Positions 1 to 12,600 of a stretch of DNA of 64,000 bases are shown here, in pieces. Origin of the DNA: Octopus vulgaris (taxonomy: Eukaryota); the NCBI GenBank assembly GCA_951406725.2, contig OX597814.1, forward strand, positions 102,858,001 to 102,922,000, written 5' to 3'. The translations under genes and the position numbers were made by a program. Numbering within the stretch: the stretch's first letter is position 1; the number at the start of each line of letters is the position of its first letter. The notes beneath the pieces are model-generated. The model saw only the letters and a list, made by a program, of their open reading frames with translations. It was not told the DNA's origin and did not search any database.

Positions 1-671
1 GTGGTTTTCATAGACAGAAACTAAAAGAAGCCCATTATGTATGTATATATGTGCATGTGTGTGGATCTTTTCTGTTAGGCTCACACTTTTCAATTCCTTT
101 AATTTTGTTCCAGTTGATTTCAAATTTGGTATATTGATGTAGCTTTGTATGCTAATTATGGAAATTCATTTTTGCCATAAATTAATAATCAAAAAGTTAG
201 CAGCTTTTAAACTCTGCAAATTTTGGGAAATTTTACCCAATTGAAATCCACATACACATTGGTGTCTGTTTCCATAGTAACAAGCAAAGGTATAGTCTGC
301 TTGCCACTGCACAGCTCTTGATTACAACAGCTATATTGATGGAATATGTATGGAGGATCTTTTCTGCAACCCATTCAGATTGGTGGTCTTGAGATAGATA
401 AAACACTCTTCTCAAGATGTAAATACAACTGAGGAAGGGTGCTAACTGAGCAATGGGTTTTTGGAAGACTGTGCCTACACCTTCATGTTTTCTTTATGTG
501 GCGCCATGTTGAATCACAACAGACTGTAGGAATGCGTATGTCAGTTGATTCTTTCAGGAACACGCGGTGAGTGGAAAGTGCATGAGCATGTGTAAAACAA
601 ATAAACAATGCTGTGGCACCCACTATTATATGGTTGACTTACATCTCTGCAGGTTTATGTGATGCAGGAGA

Positions 672-1390
672 TACATCATCATCATCATCATTTAACATCC
701 ACTTTCCATGCTGGTATGGCTTTGACGGTTTGACTGGATTGGCAAGCCAGAGAGCTGTACCAGGATCCAGTCTGACTTTGGCTTGGTTTCTACAGCTGGA
801 TACCCTTCCTAATGCCAACTGCTCCAAGAGTATAGTGGGTGTTTTTTGTGTGTCACCAGCACTGGTGATTTTACATGTCATCAGCATGGGTGCTTCTATG
901 TGACACCAGCACCAGCCACAACTACAATTTCACTTGGCTTGACAAATCTTTTCAAGCACAGCAGATCACCAAAAGTCATGATCACTTCTCATCACTTCTG
1001 TGAGACCCCACACTTGAGGATCATGCTTCACTACAGTTCCCTCTATAGTTTGAGATAGGCACTTCTTTACACAGCTGTCCTTATCCATACCATGACCATA
1101 CCAATGCACACATCTCTTTCGCACACCACATCTGATGCCTCTTATACCCAACTTTACTCTCAAGATGCTTACACCCTGTTGTACATGCACACTGACATTA
1201 CCCATCCAGTGGAGTATACTAGAATCATTTCTTTCAAGCCTTTGCATGTCCTCTGCCATGTAACACAGGCATCATACAATCGGCCCTTCACTCTGTGAGA
1301 AAGGCCTTTTGTTGCCAATAAAGGTAGAAGCTTTCTGAACTTTACCCAGCCTATTCTTATTCTTACAGCTATGCTCTCAGAGCATAAAAA
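672..1390 (-). mobile_element. RTE-clade LINE 3' fragment with (GAT)n tail
   Basis: Minus-strand ORFs RIRIGWVKFRKLLPLLATKGLS..KGRLYDACV and LGIRGIRC..WYGH. The 3' UTR repeat ends in catcatcat on the + strand. Confidence 0.85.
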
Positions 1391-1779
1391 ATTCAAATTT
1401 GTTTGACAAACTCCTTGAGTGCATCGCAAACTTTCATTTTTGAATTTTAACTATAAACAAAATATGTATTGTTTACATGAACTGAACTACAGTTTTTTTC
1501 CTTTTTTTTTTGTACTTTTCTCAAAACTTATTTCATTGAAGATTTTTTTCTTTTGTTTACATACCTTGCAAAAAAAAAAAAAATTCATTTAGTCCCCTAA
1601 AAAGTAGAAATTATCTACTACCTCTAATGAGCCTCAGGGGCATTTAAGAAACTCAATTTCCTTAATGGCTGTAGTTTTTATGGCTGCTGTGTATCTTCCA
1701 CATACAGACTCGTCTTTGATAACCTTATTATTCCACTGCACCTTGTGTCTATAATTTACACTGGGTACACCATATGAAA

Positions 1780-2815
1780 TTCATGCCTACACCTTTCCTC
1801 CAAATCCAGCAGGGCCACTTAACTGAAGGGTTAGAGTCCTGTCTGTTTTCTTGCTTACTAAGACTTTAGTCTCTGCTAAGTTAACTTTAAGGCCCTTAGA
1901 TTCCATGTTAGCTTCCACAACTGGAATTTCTTTTCTAGTTCTGATATAGAATCTGCTATGAGGGCAAGATAGCATATAGTAGTTCCCAAGGGTTGTCAGT
2001 CTTGAATTCCTCTGTTATGGCCTGGAGGACAATGGCCTTGCATAATAACTCTTCCATATATCTTTCTTGTTCTCATCACTAAGTGCAAGCATACTATTAT
2101 CCATCCATGCACGCTTCTCTTCTACAATATCTCAATTCTCTATGTCTAGCAGTCTGAAACACCTCAAGTCTCTGATCTTCACACTATAGGACATTGGCAA
2201 GCCTCTTCTTTTTTTGCTTCTGCTCTAGCTAAATAAACCTGGCATCTAGCTTCCCTTTTAGCTTTCTGATATGATTTTTTGCTACCCACTCTTTTCCATT
2301 CTTTCCAGACCCATCTCTTTTATGGCCCTGTCAGTGTCACTGTTCCACCACTATGTCACCCTTGATCTGGTAGAGGCTTTGCTCCAACCACAGATTTGGT
2401 CTTTTGTCCTTTGTAGATTGTCCTGTAGGAACTTACAGTTCTCCTCTGTCATACATCTCTATTTCTTACCCCTTATCAAAGGCTTCATTAAGAACATCTC
2501 TAAATTTCTGCCTGTTTGAAGGATACTTCAGCTCCCATAACCTCTTTTCCATATTAATTTGCATTTTTAAATCCTTCTGATCCTAAGCCTGAAGTTATTA
2601 ACCACTATCCTCTGTTGAGTTGTTCATTCTTCACCTGGAAAGATTTTGCATTTACATGTATACACCTGTCCCTGTGTCTGAGGATGTTGTTAATCTAGCT
2701 AGTACGTCCACCAGATTGATAAGTGATCAGATGGTTGGCAGATTTCCTGAAGTTGATGTTGCAGACCAGTAAGCCATGAGCATCACAAAACTCCAGCAGC
2801 TTTGTTCCCCGCTAT
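1780..2815 (-). mobile_element. Decayed RTE LINE fragments (RT and endonuclease region)
   Basis: ESKGLKVNLAETKVLVSKK. Also an endonuclease-like LLEFCDAHGLLVCNINFRK on the minus strand near 2750-2800. Confidence 0.75.
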
Positions 2816-3779
2816 CTACATTCACACACACACACATGTAGAGTCTGTCTTCTGCTTACTTGGTGTTTGTGTGTAGATCAGATAATCAGTTTCCCATAGA
2901 TAAAAATAGAATTAATCTCTATTCCAGTATTGAGTACTCTTTCTTCAGACTAAATGGATCTGGCTGACAGAAAGTGAAAGGAACTTGTCCTTGTCTTGTC
3001 ATCACGTGATATGTGTAAAAGAGCGTCACCGTCATATAAGCGATGCTATTCGTTTTCAGTCTTTCGTTATATACGTCCGACCTTGGGGAAATATTACCGT
3101 GTTAGGTAATGTTATCAGTATGTAGGCTATCCAGCCACTTATTGTGCCTCAACGAGTTCCGTCTGATCCATGAAGCCTGGAAAGTGGTCGCTAAAACGAT
3201 GGTGGTTGTGGAGTGTGTGTGTATGTGTGGCGTGAATGAGAGAATGTGTCACACTGATTTCACCTGAGAATTACGTTTCATGGGACAATTGTCTCAGCCA
3301 CTTGAAGTCCAATTTAGTCTGCAGGTAGTTCAGATGATCGCACCACTGCCCGTTGCCAAAAAAAAAAAAAAAAGACTTCACAGATCTGTTAATGTAGATA
3401 TATACACATATGTATCTATGTGTATGTATGTGTTTAAAGAGGGGGATAGTTGGGAATTTAGTGCACTAAAAAGCGTAATTTCTTTGTTTGATTATGTTAA
3501 AGTGTGTATGTATGTGATTTTAAAGTTTGCTTGGCATGAATTTATTTGCAGACTCTTTCGAAATACAACAATATTTTTCTATTCATTTACTCGTCTCTCT
3601 CGGCTTACATATATACAAATCTAGTCAGCCTATATGTATGTACACACAAACACACACGTGTGTATGCGTGTGCACAATATATCTGCAATCAACAAGGAAC
3701 ATGAAAAACAACTCTCTCTCTCTCTCTGACTTTTCAAAATTATTCATATCTTGTTGAAATTGATAAGTTTTCTTTGAAT

Positions 3780-4265
3780 TTCCGAAACTTTCTAAGTAAA
3801 CTACTCGCGCGACGTATAATATTGAAATAGAAACCGGATTAAATGCCTGTTTTTGTGGTATCGTGTATCAGTTTTTAAGAAGTAACCTTTTCTTTGGTTT
3901 CTGATTATTAGAGATCTGACAATAAATTTGTTTTAATACCATATGGAAAGTCTGGTGAGTATAGGTTACATTGACATGACCAGTAAAATTCTTTCGTAGG
4001 TTTTTCCTTCCTATTTATTTTTATCCTCTCTAGACTATCGTCGCTGCTTCCGAAACTATTAGAAAGCGGGGAAGATTCGAGTCCTCCTTTTCTTCTGGTA
4101 GAATTCCATTGATTATCTCCCCTTCGATGCAGGTGCTCTCCAGCGTTGTACTTGACCTTGGTAAGTTATGATGGCGAGCTGCTGCTTCTGTATTGGCGAC
4201 TGATTTGGGATATCCCGACTGATTCGGAAAGAAACGTCTTACAACCACCTCACAATCTTAAGAAA
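3780..4265 (+). promoter_or_regulatory. Putative promoter / 5' UTR region of the RAF gene (CpG-retaining, non-repetitive)
   Basis: Visibly CpG-rich (e.g. actcgcgcgacg ~3803, atcgtcgctg, ttcgag, ggcgag, ggcgac) against a CpG-depleted intronic background. Lies just upstream of the first recognisable coding exon. The transcription start cannot be determined from sequence. Confidence 0.45.
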
Positions 4266-4286
4266 ATGACAACTACTGACAATCAA
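4266..4286 (+). CDS. BRAF: Tentative first coding exon of RAF kinase (MTTTDNQ)
   Basis: First in-frame ATG after an upstream TGA. Ends CAA|gtattt in phase 0, matching the phase-0 acceptor at 5641. Weak donor and no homology support. Confidence 0.35.
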
Positions 4287-5357
4287 GTATTTATTTATTT
4301 GAAAGCTTTGTGTATTTTCCCCTCTTTCATTTTAGTATTCAATCAGTGTCTGCGTTAATGTATGTTTTCATATGATGTATGTCCAAACGCGCTGTGTAAG
4401 TATGGGGGTGTTCTCGTATATACGTTGGTGTAGCTAGGCATGGTCTGGATGTAACTTATTGATACCTTTAGTTATTCACATGTTGATAGAATCACCTACA
4501 TTCTCCTCTAATTTTTAGCTTTCTGCTTTCTTTCCCCATTTTCGTTAAGATTTAACAAAATATAGTCATGAGGTAAATATCCGCTTCTTAGTGGAAATGC
4601 TATGTTTATGTAAAGCTAATTTTATGTCATTGTAAAAAAATAAAATAAAGACAAAGAAAATATAAATTCAAATGTTTGATGCCTATTAGACATATTTTAT
4701 CCTTCAGGCAATATTTTTTCTCTATAAACCACAATCTTTCAGTTGCATCACTTGGAGTTATCTTATATTTGCAAAGTTATTGGAAAATCCTACGTAGTGT
4801 TGCCTCCCTCCCCATTTGGCAACTAGTAGTCGTATTGATTGTGCTGTCGTATAACTTAGATAAAAGAAAAGCACATCAAATTAAGTCCTTGATAGCAAAT
4901 ATCGTGATTGTCACGTTAAAAATTTTAAAGGTAAAATAAAAAGAAATAGAGCTTTGGTGACGTGAAAACATTTGGAATAAAGAATGAAACAGAAAAAAAA
5001 AAAAAACGATTTGTTGACTGTTTTAGTCTATTTTCATCAATGTAAGCTACATTTCGAATTCACTTTTATTGTTACCGTTGATCGATGATGGAAATAGATT
5101 TTTAGTTCTAACATATTCAGTAAGGATTTTTCTATATTAACTAATTAAAAGGCTTCCAGTTTTGATTGCTTTATTAGTATAAGCTTAAAATAAATAAAAA
5201 AAAAAAAACAATTTTCACAGATTTAGCTGTTTGTTTCTGAAACTTTCACTACCTGTTAATATATTTTAAAATTTTAGTTTACGTTTTTTGTTTGAGGTTT
5301 TTTTAGTATCGGTTCAAAATATTTACTAAATTACACAGATAGTATTTTATCCTTTTT

Positions 5358-5394
<37 letters not shown>

Positions 5395-5640
5395 AGTCGT
5401 TACACCAATTTGTTTCGACACAAGTTCACATAAAGAATCTTGCAAACGAAACACAAAAACGAAGTTAATATTTCTTTTCCTAATTTGTGAATGCTTACCT
5501 CTGATATTTCCAGATTTATTTTATAAAGCAACAACGAGCGAAAATTATGGGATCAGCTAATGACCGATATTTGAAATTTGGTAAAATAAATCCTGATTTC
5601 TCTGAATGAAATTTGAAAAGTATATATTTTTTTTTTTTAG

Positions 5641-5742
5641 TTGAAAAACATTCGAAATGTCATTCGATTAACCAAAGAAAAACTTGAAGATATGAACAAA
5701 GAATTTGGTAAACACCAGCATCCACATCCATTATATATTCAG
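5641..5742 (+). CDS. BRAF: RAF kinase exon, BRS domain first part
   Basis: ttttag| LKNIRNVIRLTKEKLEDMNKEFGKHQHPHPLYIQ |gtttgt. Aligns to human BRAF [34 protein letters not shown]. 102 nt, phase 0-0. Confidence 0.93.
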
Positions 5743-6087
5743 GTTTGTAATGTTACTTTTTGTTCCTCCTTCATATGAAAATGTACTGTCTTTTCTTTTG
5801 CTTTTGTGCTTTTGTCATGTTTTTCTGTATAAGTTAATCAAAAAAGTGTGCATTACCTTTGTCGGCCCTCTCGGCAGGTGATATTGGTGTGGTTAATCCT
5901 TGGTTAATGTCTCCAGGGAATTCCAAAAGTGGGAATGGTTGGGAAAGTGTTTAATGTAGGATATGGAGACTCAGCAGAGATGAAGATGAGAGATAAATGT
6001 GTCAGGAAACTTTGAATGAAGGAAAGAAACAAAGGTTATTGTAATATCAGTTAAAAGGTAGGCAGAAGAAACAGTTTGTCTAATACG

Positions 6088-7130
6088 TTACAGGGTGCAT
6101 CATAAAGTGTTCCTGATTGCTTTTTAGTCATAATTTTTAGTAAGGGGCATAGAAATGCACAAGTTCTTTAGGATTTAATTAAATATGGTCATGTAGCATA
6201 TTAAGATGTGTCTCATTCACTATGTCTGCCATTACCCTTGACAATCGCCCAAAGATGGCCAAGAACTGAGTCACACGAATGCTGGATGGTTTCTTCACTT
6301 AAACAATCCCGTGACGCAACTAAGGCTTTCTTCATGGCAGTGATATTTTTATAGGAAACTCTTGAAACATCACTTTCTAGAATGGACCAAATAGCGAGGA
6401 CCATACGGCTGATGTCTGGGCTGCAGGGTTGGGGCCACACATTCTTGTCCCAGAACCTGCTGAAATGGCTCTGCATCATTGCTGTGTCACATTAGACGTA
6501 TGAAAAGGAGCAGCGTCTTGCATGAACATGTAATAATCTCCAAATGCTTTGGTCAACCATGTCAAAACATTATCTCCCAATATTTTCGTGTAAATTGCTG
6601 AATTGACCTTCATCCCCTCTTTAACGTGCACCAGAGGAGATTTTCCACCATCGGATGGCTCTGATACTCAAACCATCATTCTAGCAGGTTTAATTCAGCA
6701 AAACACCTTATGGGTGCCTTTGAGAACAACATCCGACCTCAGTTTTCGCTACAGCCTCCACAGTGAATAAATTTTCATCCAATCAGATGAAGACATTGTC
6801 ACCGGCACTCTGAACCTCCTCTGTCATTTTCTTGTACCTGTCCAGTCGCTGGACAACATCCACCATTTATTTCGTCCTTATAGGTAATTTTCAACCAGGA
6901 ATGGGCTTGCTGTTGATTGAAACTGTCTTTCTAGCATTTCATGATATTATAGACTGTTTAAGATCAACACCAACCCTTGAAGCCACATCTTTGGTGCTAT
7001 GTCCTGCTTTTTTGAGAGCTACAATCTCACATCGCCTGTTAGCTGCCATATTGAAATGTTCTACTTGCTGAATCTAAACAAACAGTGGAGTGTACATGAA
7101 CTATTGAATGTTGAGGAGTCATTTTAATTA
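6088..7130 (-). mobile_element. Decayed Tc1/mariner-superfamily (maT/DD37D-like) transposon
   Basis: Terminus ta|cagggtg. Minus-strand YMFMQDAAP and WPQPCSPDI..AIWSILE..IVKGNGRHSE motifs, frameshifted. The upstream boundary is approximate. Confidence 0.75.
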
Positions 7131-7544
7131 TTTTTGTGCCATTTCAAACTAAATTCAATAAAATAAACCTCGTCAGCTTATAATGTCTGTTTCAGTTTAA
7201 CCTAGATTTGTTTTTCCAAGTGAGGATAGGTTGAACAAGATTTCTTAGGGCAGTATTCTATGATCAGACGCACTTCTAAAGGCCAACCCTTTTTTCTCCC
7301 AAGCAAGCTACTTTATTCCATGTCTGTATGTTGAACCACTGTCAAACATTTTTATTGCGGACAGGATTACAAACACACACTCTCTCTCTCTCTCTCTCTC
7401 ACTCACACACACACACACACAAATATTGAACACTCAAAGTTAACAGAACATCAGGTAAAGGAAAGTCCAGGGAGACATGGGTAAAGTGTTGAAAATTGAT
7501 CTCCAGATGCTGAGCCACACAAAAGAGATCACAATGGACTGTGG

Positions 7545-8545
7545 TAATTAGTAACAGAGAAAACCAAAGTCTTAGTAAGTAAGAAATCAGTCAAATTACA
7601 GATACCCTCAGGTAGATGGCCCTGCTCAATCAGTAGGAAAGGCTTAGGTAGAAATTCCTTAAGATGTACCCAGTGCAAGCTATGGACACATAAGAGGTGC
7701 AACAATATCAGAGGAAGGTTAACTGGGAAAATAATTTTTGTGTGTGAAAGGTGCACGGGTACAATAAACAATAAATTTGTATAGAAAACAGACTCCATCA
7801 AATGCCATGGGGGGCTAAGCTAGAGGTAGTTGATAGATTTCGTTATCTAGATGGTGAAGTCAGTAGTGGCAGTGGATGCTCCTTGAGTGTGGCTGCAAGA
7901 ATAAAAATAAGCTGGGCAAAGTTCAGAGAGCTCCTACTTCTGTTGGCAACAAAGGGCCTCTCCCTCTGAGTGAAAGGCAGACTGTATGATGTTTGTGTGC
8001 AAACAGCTATGCTGCTTGGCAGTGAAACATGAGCTGTTACCACTGAGGACATGTGTAGGCTTGAAAGAAATTAAGCTAGCATGCTTCACTGGATATGCAA
8101 TGTCTGTGCATGTACAATAGAGTTTAAGCATCTTGAGAGAAAAGTTGGGCATAAGAGGCATCAGCTATGGTGTACAAGAGAGACAACTATGCTGGTATGG
8201 TCATGTGATGCATATGGACGAGGACAGCTGTGTAAAGAAGTGCTGGTCTCTAACTGTGGAGGGAATGAGGAAGACATAAGACAAAGTGGTGAAGCATGAT
8301 TTTCAAACATTGGGTCTCACGGAGGCAATGACTATTGACCAAAACCTTTGGCGGTGCTATGCTTGAAAACACCCATTAAGCTAAGTGAAATCATAGTTGT
8401 GTCCAATGCCAGTATCATGTAACTGGCACATAAAAAAGCACCTTTTGAGCATTGGGCCTCACAGGGGCAATGTGGCCGATGCTAGTGTCATGTAAGTAGC
8501 ACCCATAGAAATGTCACATAGCTAGCAGCTGTGCCAGTGTTGCAT
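7545..8545 (+). mobile_element. RTE LINE 3' fragment
   Basis: Near-identical to the other RTE copies (KTKVL, CTQCKLWTHKRC, WAKFRELL, GRLYDVCV), with stops and frameshifts. Confidence 0.85.
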
Positions 8546-10179
8546 AATAATTATATGCATGTAAATCCTATTTAGTCTACTCATTAATAGGAGAGGAAAT
8601 GATGTTGATTAATTTGGTGGGGGTGATGACTTGAGTGTGTCAGTTTTAGAACTACTGGACTAAACATCAATAGTAAATGGTAAAATTAATTAATTGATGC
8701 TTGATTATTGTCAAAATTAATTGGAGTTGGCATTTCATTTCATTAATATGATATGAACAGGGGTATGTTAAATATCAAACTTCCATGATCACAAAGAAAA
8801 ACTACTATTCATTTCATGAAAATATTTTTTGTGCACAATCCTAGATTACATCCATAAAGTACCACCCCTGCCTCTGCCCTACTGCAAACTCTTAACACTG
8901 CTTCTAACATTACTATTATAGTGGCCCCTGCTCCTCACACCTGACTTGTCTTTATATTAGAGCATAAGAGAAATTCTGAAATTACCCTATAAGCATTTAC
9001 TTCAGTTTATTTCTTGGTTCAACTAGTGGTAAACCCTGAGATGACAAATCCAAGAAGAAGGTGGCACTAGTAAATCCAAACGCCATCATGATATCATCAT
9101 CATTTAATGTCCATTCTCCATACTGGTATGGATTGGACAGTTTGACAGGAGTTGGTCGGCTGGAGAGCTACCCGGGCTCCATATGTCTGTTTTGGCTTGG
9201 TTTCTACAGCTGGATGCTCTTCCTAGTGCCAACCACTTACAGAGTGTACTGGGTGCTTTTACATGCCATCAGCACAGGCATTTTAGGGGTCTGCACACAC
9301 AAACACATTAATAGAGAGCCATGGGCCTTGTAAGTAAAAACATGCCCAAATATCAGTAATGTGGGCAGTGTCACTGATTAGCAAGACCTACTTGAGGCTG
9401 TGAACACTTTCCAATACTCTTTTTATACTTCATCTGTTAACAATGCATGGAAGGAATTGATTATTGTTTTCTAAAATGTTATACAAATGAATCCCCAAAC
9501 CCTTACTTTGTTCTCATAATGACAGTGATTTTTAACTTTAACAGTTAGATTTAATTTTTTACTCTGACCATGTTGTGTTCTCATTATCCATTCAGGTTTT
9601 TCCTGTCATATGGAGATGCTGTTACACCACACTGTGTTAGTTTGGAATATTTTTTGTTACAGAGTAGCTGAGAAGAAAGGAGCACAAATGTTACCAGATC
9701 TATTTGATCGTGTGAGTTCAGATGTTGAGGAAGCCAGGGATGTCTGTGTTGGAAATGGGCTTTGACAGTTTTGTATGTGTTGGTGTGAAAATTCAAAAGC
9801 AACTTTGTTAGTTTGTTGTTTTTGAATATTAAATGGCACAATTTTTCCTTCTACAAATTTATTTTTTTCAACTTCCGTATCACTTAAGTTGTAATTTAGT
9901 GTTAGTTACAGTTGAAGAAAAGATGGGGGTTTTGTTAGCTAAAACTGTCGCACATAATACTTTGAGTTTATGGATGAAGATGAACAACAGATATTTGTAA
10001 TCAAGGAAGCAGTATGAAAGATTTCTGATATAACAGCAAATGTGTTGGAACATTGGTATACAAGATAGAAAATTGCTTGTAATTATTGGGGGCTTTTAAC
10101 AAGGTTTAGTTTCAATATTGTCTTACACTAAATCAACTCATATACAAGTAAAAACCAACTATTTTGATTGGTTCACAAA

Positions 10180-10720
10180 CAGCTTGAAATCAGGTTTTTC
10201 CACCTCAACCTTGTATAAGGAAGCAATCGAATTGCTTTTTGATTTCATGGATGAGTTTTTCCTGACCCAGCTTGTTCATGAACCAACAAGGTGTCACAAA
10301 AACACCTGGAACCTAGTGTTCAGTTATCACACTGACACTATCCTCAATATTGCAGTGGGAAAAACTCCACTACTCTCAGACCATGATATGGTTCTCTGCA
10401 ATCTGAGATTCTACCACCCAAAAATCAAATCCAGTGACTTCTCTCCAGCTCATCCATTTGACATTATGCATCTTCATAATGCAGACGGGGATGCGATCAA
10501 TCGTGATCTTTCACAAGTTGATTGGGTCTTCACGCACGCACACACACCCTTAAGCATAAACACATCATGGTAGACATTTGTAGATACTGTGACAAATATA
10601 TACACAAAACATACTCCATTAAGATCAGTATACAAATCTAAGTGCAGAATCCCTAGAAATAGAAGTGTAATTATCAGAGAAATAAAAAGAATTAACAAGA
10701 AAATCAACCAACTTAAATAC
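10180..10720 (+). mobile_element. CR1/L2/Jockey-like LINE fragment (endonuclease C-terminal part)
   Basis: ORF 10118-10573: FLTQLVHEPTR..NTWNLVF..LSDHDMV..ADGDAINRDLSQVDW. Confidence 0.8.
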
Positions 10721-10870
10721 TGAATATTTATTTGGGTAGCTTATGTTAAAATATCTTAATACTCAAAATTCTATATCACCCACCATTTTTTGTTCAGTTG
10801 CTCATCACTCACTCAACAGTTGAAATTCCCCACAGCTTTATACCAGGACATGAAAGGTTAAAGTGTGTAT

Positions 10871-10912
<42 letters not shown>

Positions 10913-10914
10913 AC

Positions 10915-11242
10915 ATCCGTGCTAGCGGGGTGCAAAGAGCACCATACGAGTGTGACTGCTGACAGAGTGGCTAACCGGGTTCCATGCCAGTGGCACATAA
11001 AATGCACCATTCGAGTGTGATCATTACCAGCGTCGCCTTACAGGCACTTGTGCCCCGTGCTAGTAGGGTGCTAAGAGCATCAACTGAGCGTGATCGTTGG
11101 CGTTAGGAAGGGCATCCAGCTGTAGAAACTCTGCCAAATTAAGATTGGAGCCTGGTGCAGCCATTTGGTTTGCCAGCCCTCAGTCAAATCATCCAACCCA
11201 TGCTAGCATGGAAAGCGGACGTTAAACGATGATGATGATGAT
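10915..11242 (+). repeat. RTE 3'-UTR-derived repeat with GAT tail
   Basis: cgttaggaagggcatccagctgtagaaac...cccatgctagcatggaaagcggacgttaaacgatgatgat. More than 15 related copies occur in the window in both orientations. Confidence 0.85.
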
Positions 11243-11264
11243 ATATATGTATATATGTGTGTGT

Positions 11265-11660
11265 GCAGGTATGGCCGTGTGGTAAGGAGCTTGCTTGCTT
11301 CCCAACCACATGGTTCCAGGTTCAGTCCCATTGCATAGCACTTTGGACAAGTGTCTTCTACTATAGCCTCAGGCCAACCAAAGCCTTGTGAGTGGATTTG
11401 GTAGACAGAAACTGAAAGAAGCCCGTCACACACATATATGTTTGTGTGTGTTTCTTTGTGTCTGTTACCCCGTCACTGCTTGACAACTAGTGTTGGTATG
11501 TTTACATCCCCATAACTTAGCGGTTCAGCAAAAGTGACTGATAGAATAAGCACTAGGCCTAAAAAAATAAGACTTGGGGTTGATTTGTTCAATTAAAACC
11601 CTTTGAGGCAGTGTTCCAGCATGGCTGCAGTCAAATAACTGAGATAAGTAAAAGAAAGAA
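11265..11660 (+). mobile_element. tRNA-derived SINE
   Basis: A box tggccgtgtgg and B box ggttcagtccc, followed by a conserved body (caagtgtcttctactatagcc...ggtagacagaaactgaaagaagccc) shared with 1-45, 13791, 49225 and 61600. Confidence 0.85.
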
Positions 11661-11711
11661 TATACACACACGTATGTACATATATCTATATATATATATA
11701 TATATATATCC

Positions 11712-12040
11712 CCTCACTGGCTCCCATGCCGGTGGCACGTGAAAAGCATCATCCGAATGTGGCCAGTGCCAGTACCCCCTGATTGGCGCCCATGCTGGTG
11801 ACACTTAAAAAGCACCATCCAAACATGGTCGATGTCGGTACCCACTGACTAGCTCCAGTGCTAGTGGTATGTAAAAAGCACCCACTACACTCTCGGAGTG
11901 GGGTATTAGGAAGGGCATCCAACTGTAGAAACATTGCCTGATCAGATTGGAGCCTAGCACAGCTGCTGGCTCTCCAGACCTCAGTCAAACCGTCCAACCC
12001 ATGCCAGCATGGAAACCAGACATTAAACGATGATGACATA
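11712..12040 (+). repeat. RTE 3'-UTR-derived repeat
   Basis: Same family as 10915-11242, with aaaagcacc subrepeats. Confidence 0.85.
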
Positions 12041-12088
12041 AAAAATACAAAGTCAGATGACACCAGAAAAGCAATGATTATGTTATGA

Positions 12089-12190
12089 ACTTCATTAGTT
12101 TACAGCTGTTTCTGCTATAAGATGCAGTGGACTCGTAGTTGAATGCCAGAATAACATTCTATAGCTTCATTGGGCCTTCGAATATGAAGT
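12089..12190 (-). ncRNA. Degenerate hammerhead-ribozyme-like motif
   Basis: Minus strand reads CCAATGA-A-gctatagaatg...catcttatagc-A-GAAAC-AGCT-GTA. Same architecture as the 59.6 and 60.9 kb motifs. Confidence 0.45.
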
Positions 12191-12278
12191 GCAATTTATT
12201 TAGGGAAAAGTATTACATTTTTGCAATATACAGAGATGGCATTAGAAGTGAGGTCATTGCCGATGTAAGTAAAAAATT

Positions 12279-12600
12279 GTACAGGGTGACCCAATAGTTC
12301 TGTTACAAAAGTTAAATGTATTTCAGCTAAATCTGAACCAATTTGCTTGAAAACTTGTACACCAGTTTTTAACATTTTTAGCAATGTTACAGCAAAAAAT
12401 TATTCACTAAATCCACTTTGTTTCTTTAATACAGCCTTAAGCTTACTAGGCACTGCTTCAACAGCGTTTCATAAGATTTCTAGTGATATTTTATCTCTTC
12501 ACGCTGCAGCAACCTCTTCAAAGCTGCTACTAAATGCCACTTGTCTGCTCCTAGCTTCCTTAGAGACCACTGGATCTCAAAGTGAGGGGCTCTGTCAAAG
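12279..12600 (-). mobile_element. Tc1-like transposon end fragment
   Basis: ta|cagggtg terminus plus remnants resembling a transposase C-terminus. Confidence 0.5.

Noticed and set aside
233-660. Possible exon of a divergently transcribed upstream gene (60-aa minus ORF ending at a gtaaaa)
   Set aside because: No recognisable protein motif and no consistent acceptor/donor pair; flanked by transposon-like ends.
5514-5580. 67-nt segment as a coding RAF exon
   Set aside because: Its only open frame ends in phase 1, incompatible with the phase-0 BRS exon. At most a UTR exon.
11265-11340. tRNA gene
   Set aside because: A and B boxes are present but there is no complete cloverleaf, and it continues into a SINE body repeated elsewhere.
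11712-11890. CRISPR-like repeat-spacer pattern (aaaagcacc units)
   Set aside because: Eukaryotic LINE UTR subrepeats; the intervening sequences resemble each other and there are no cas genes.
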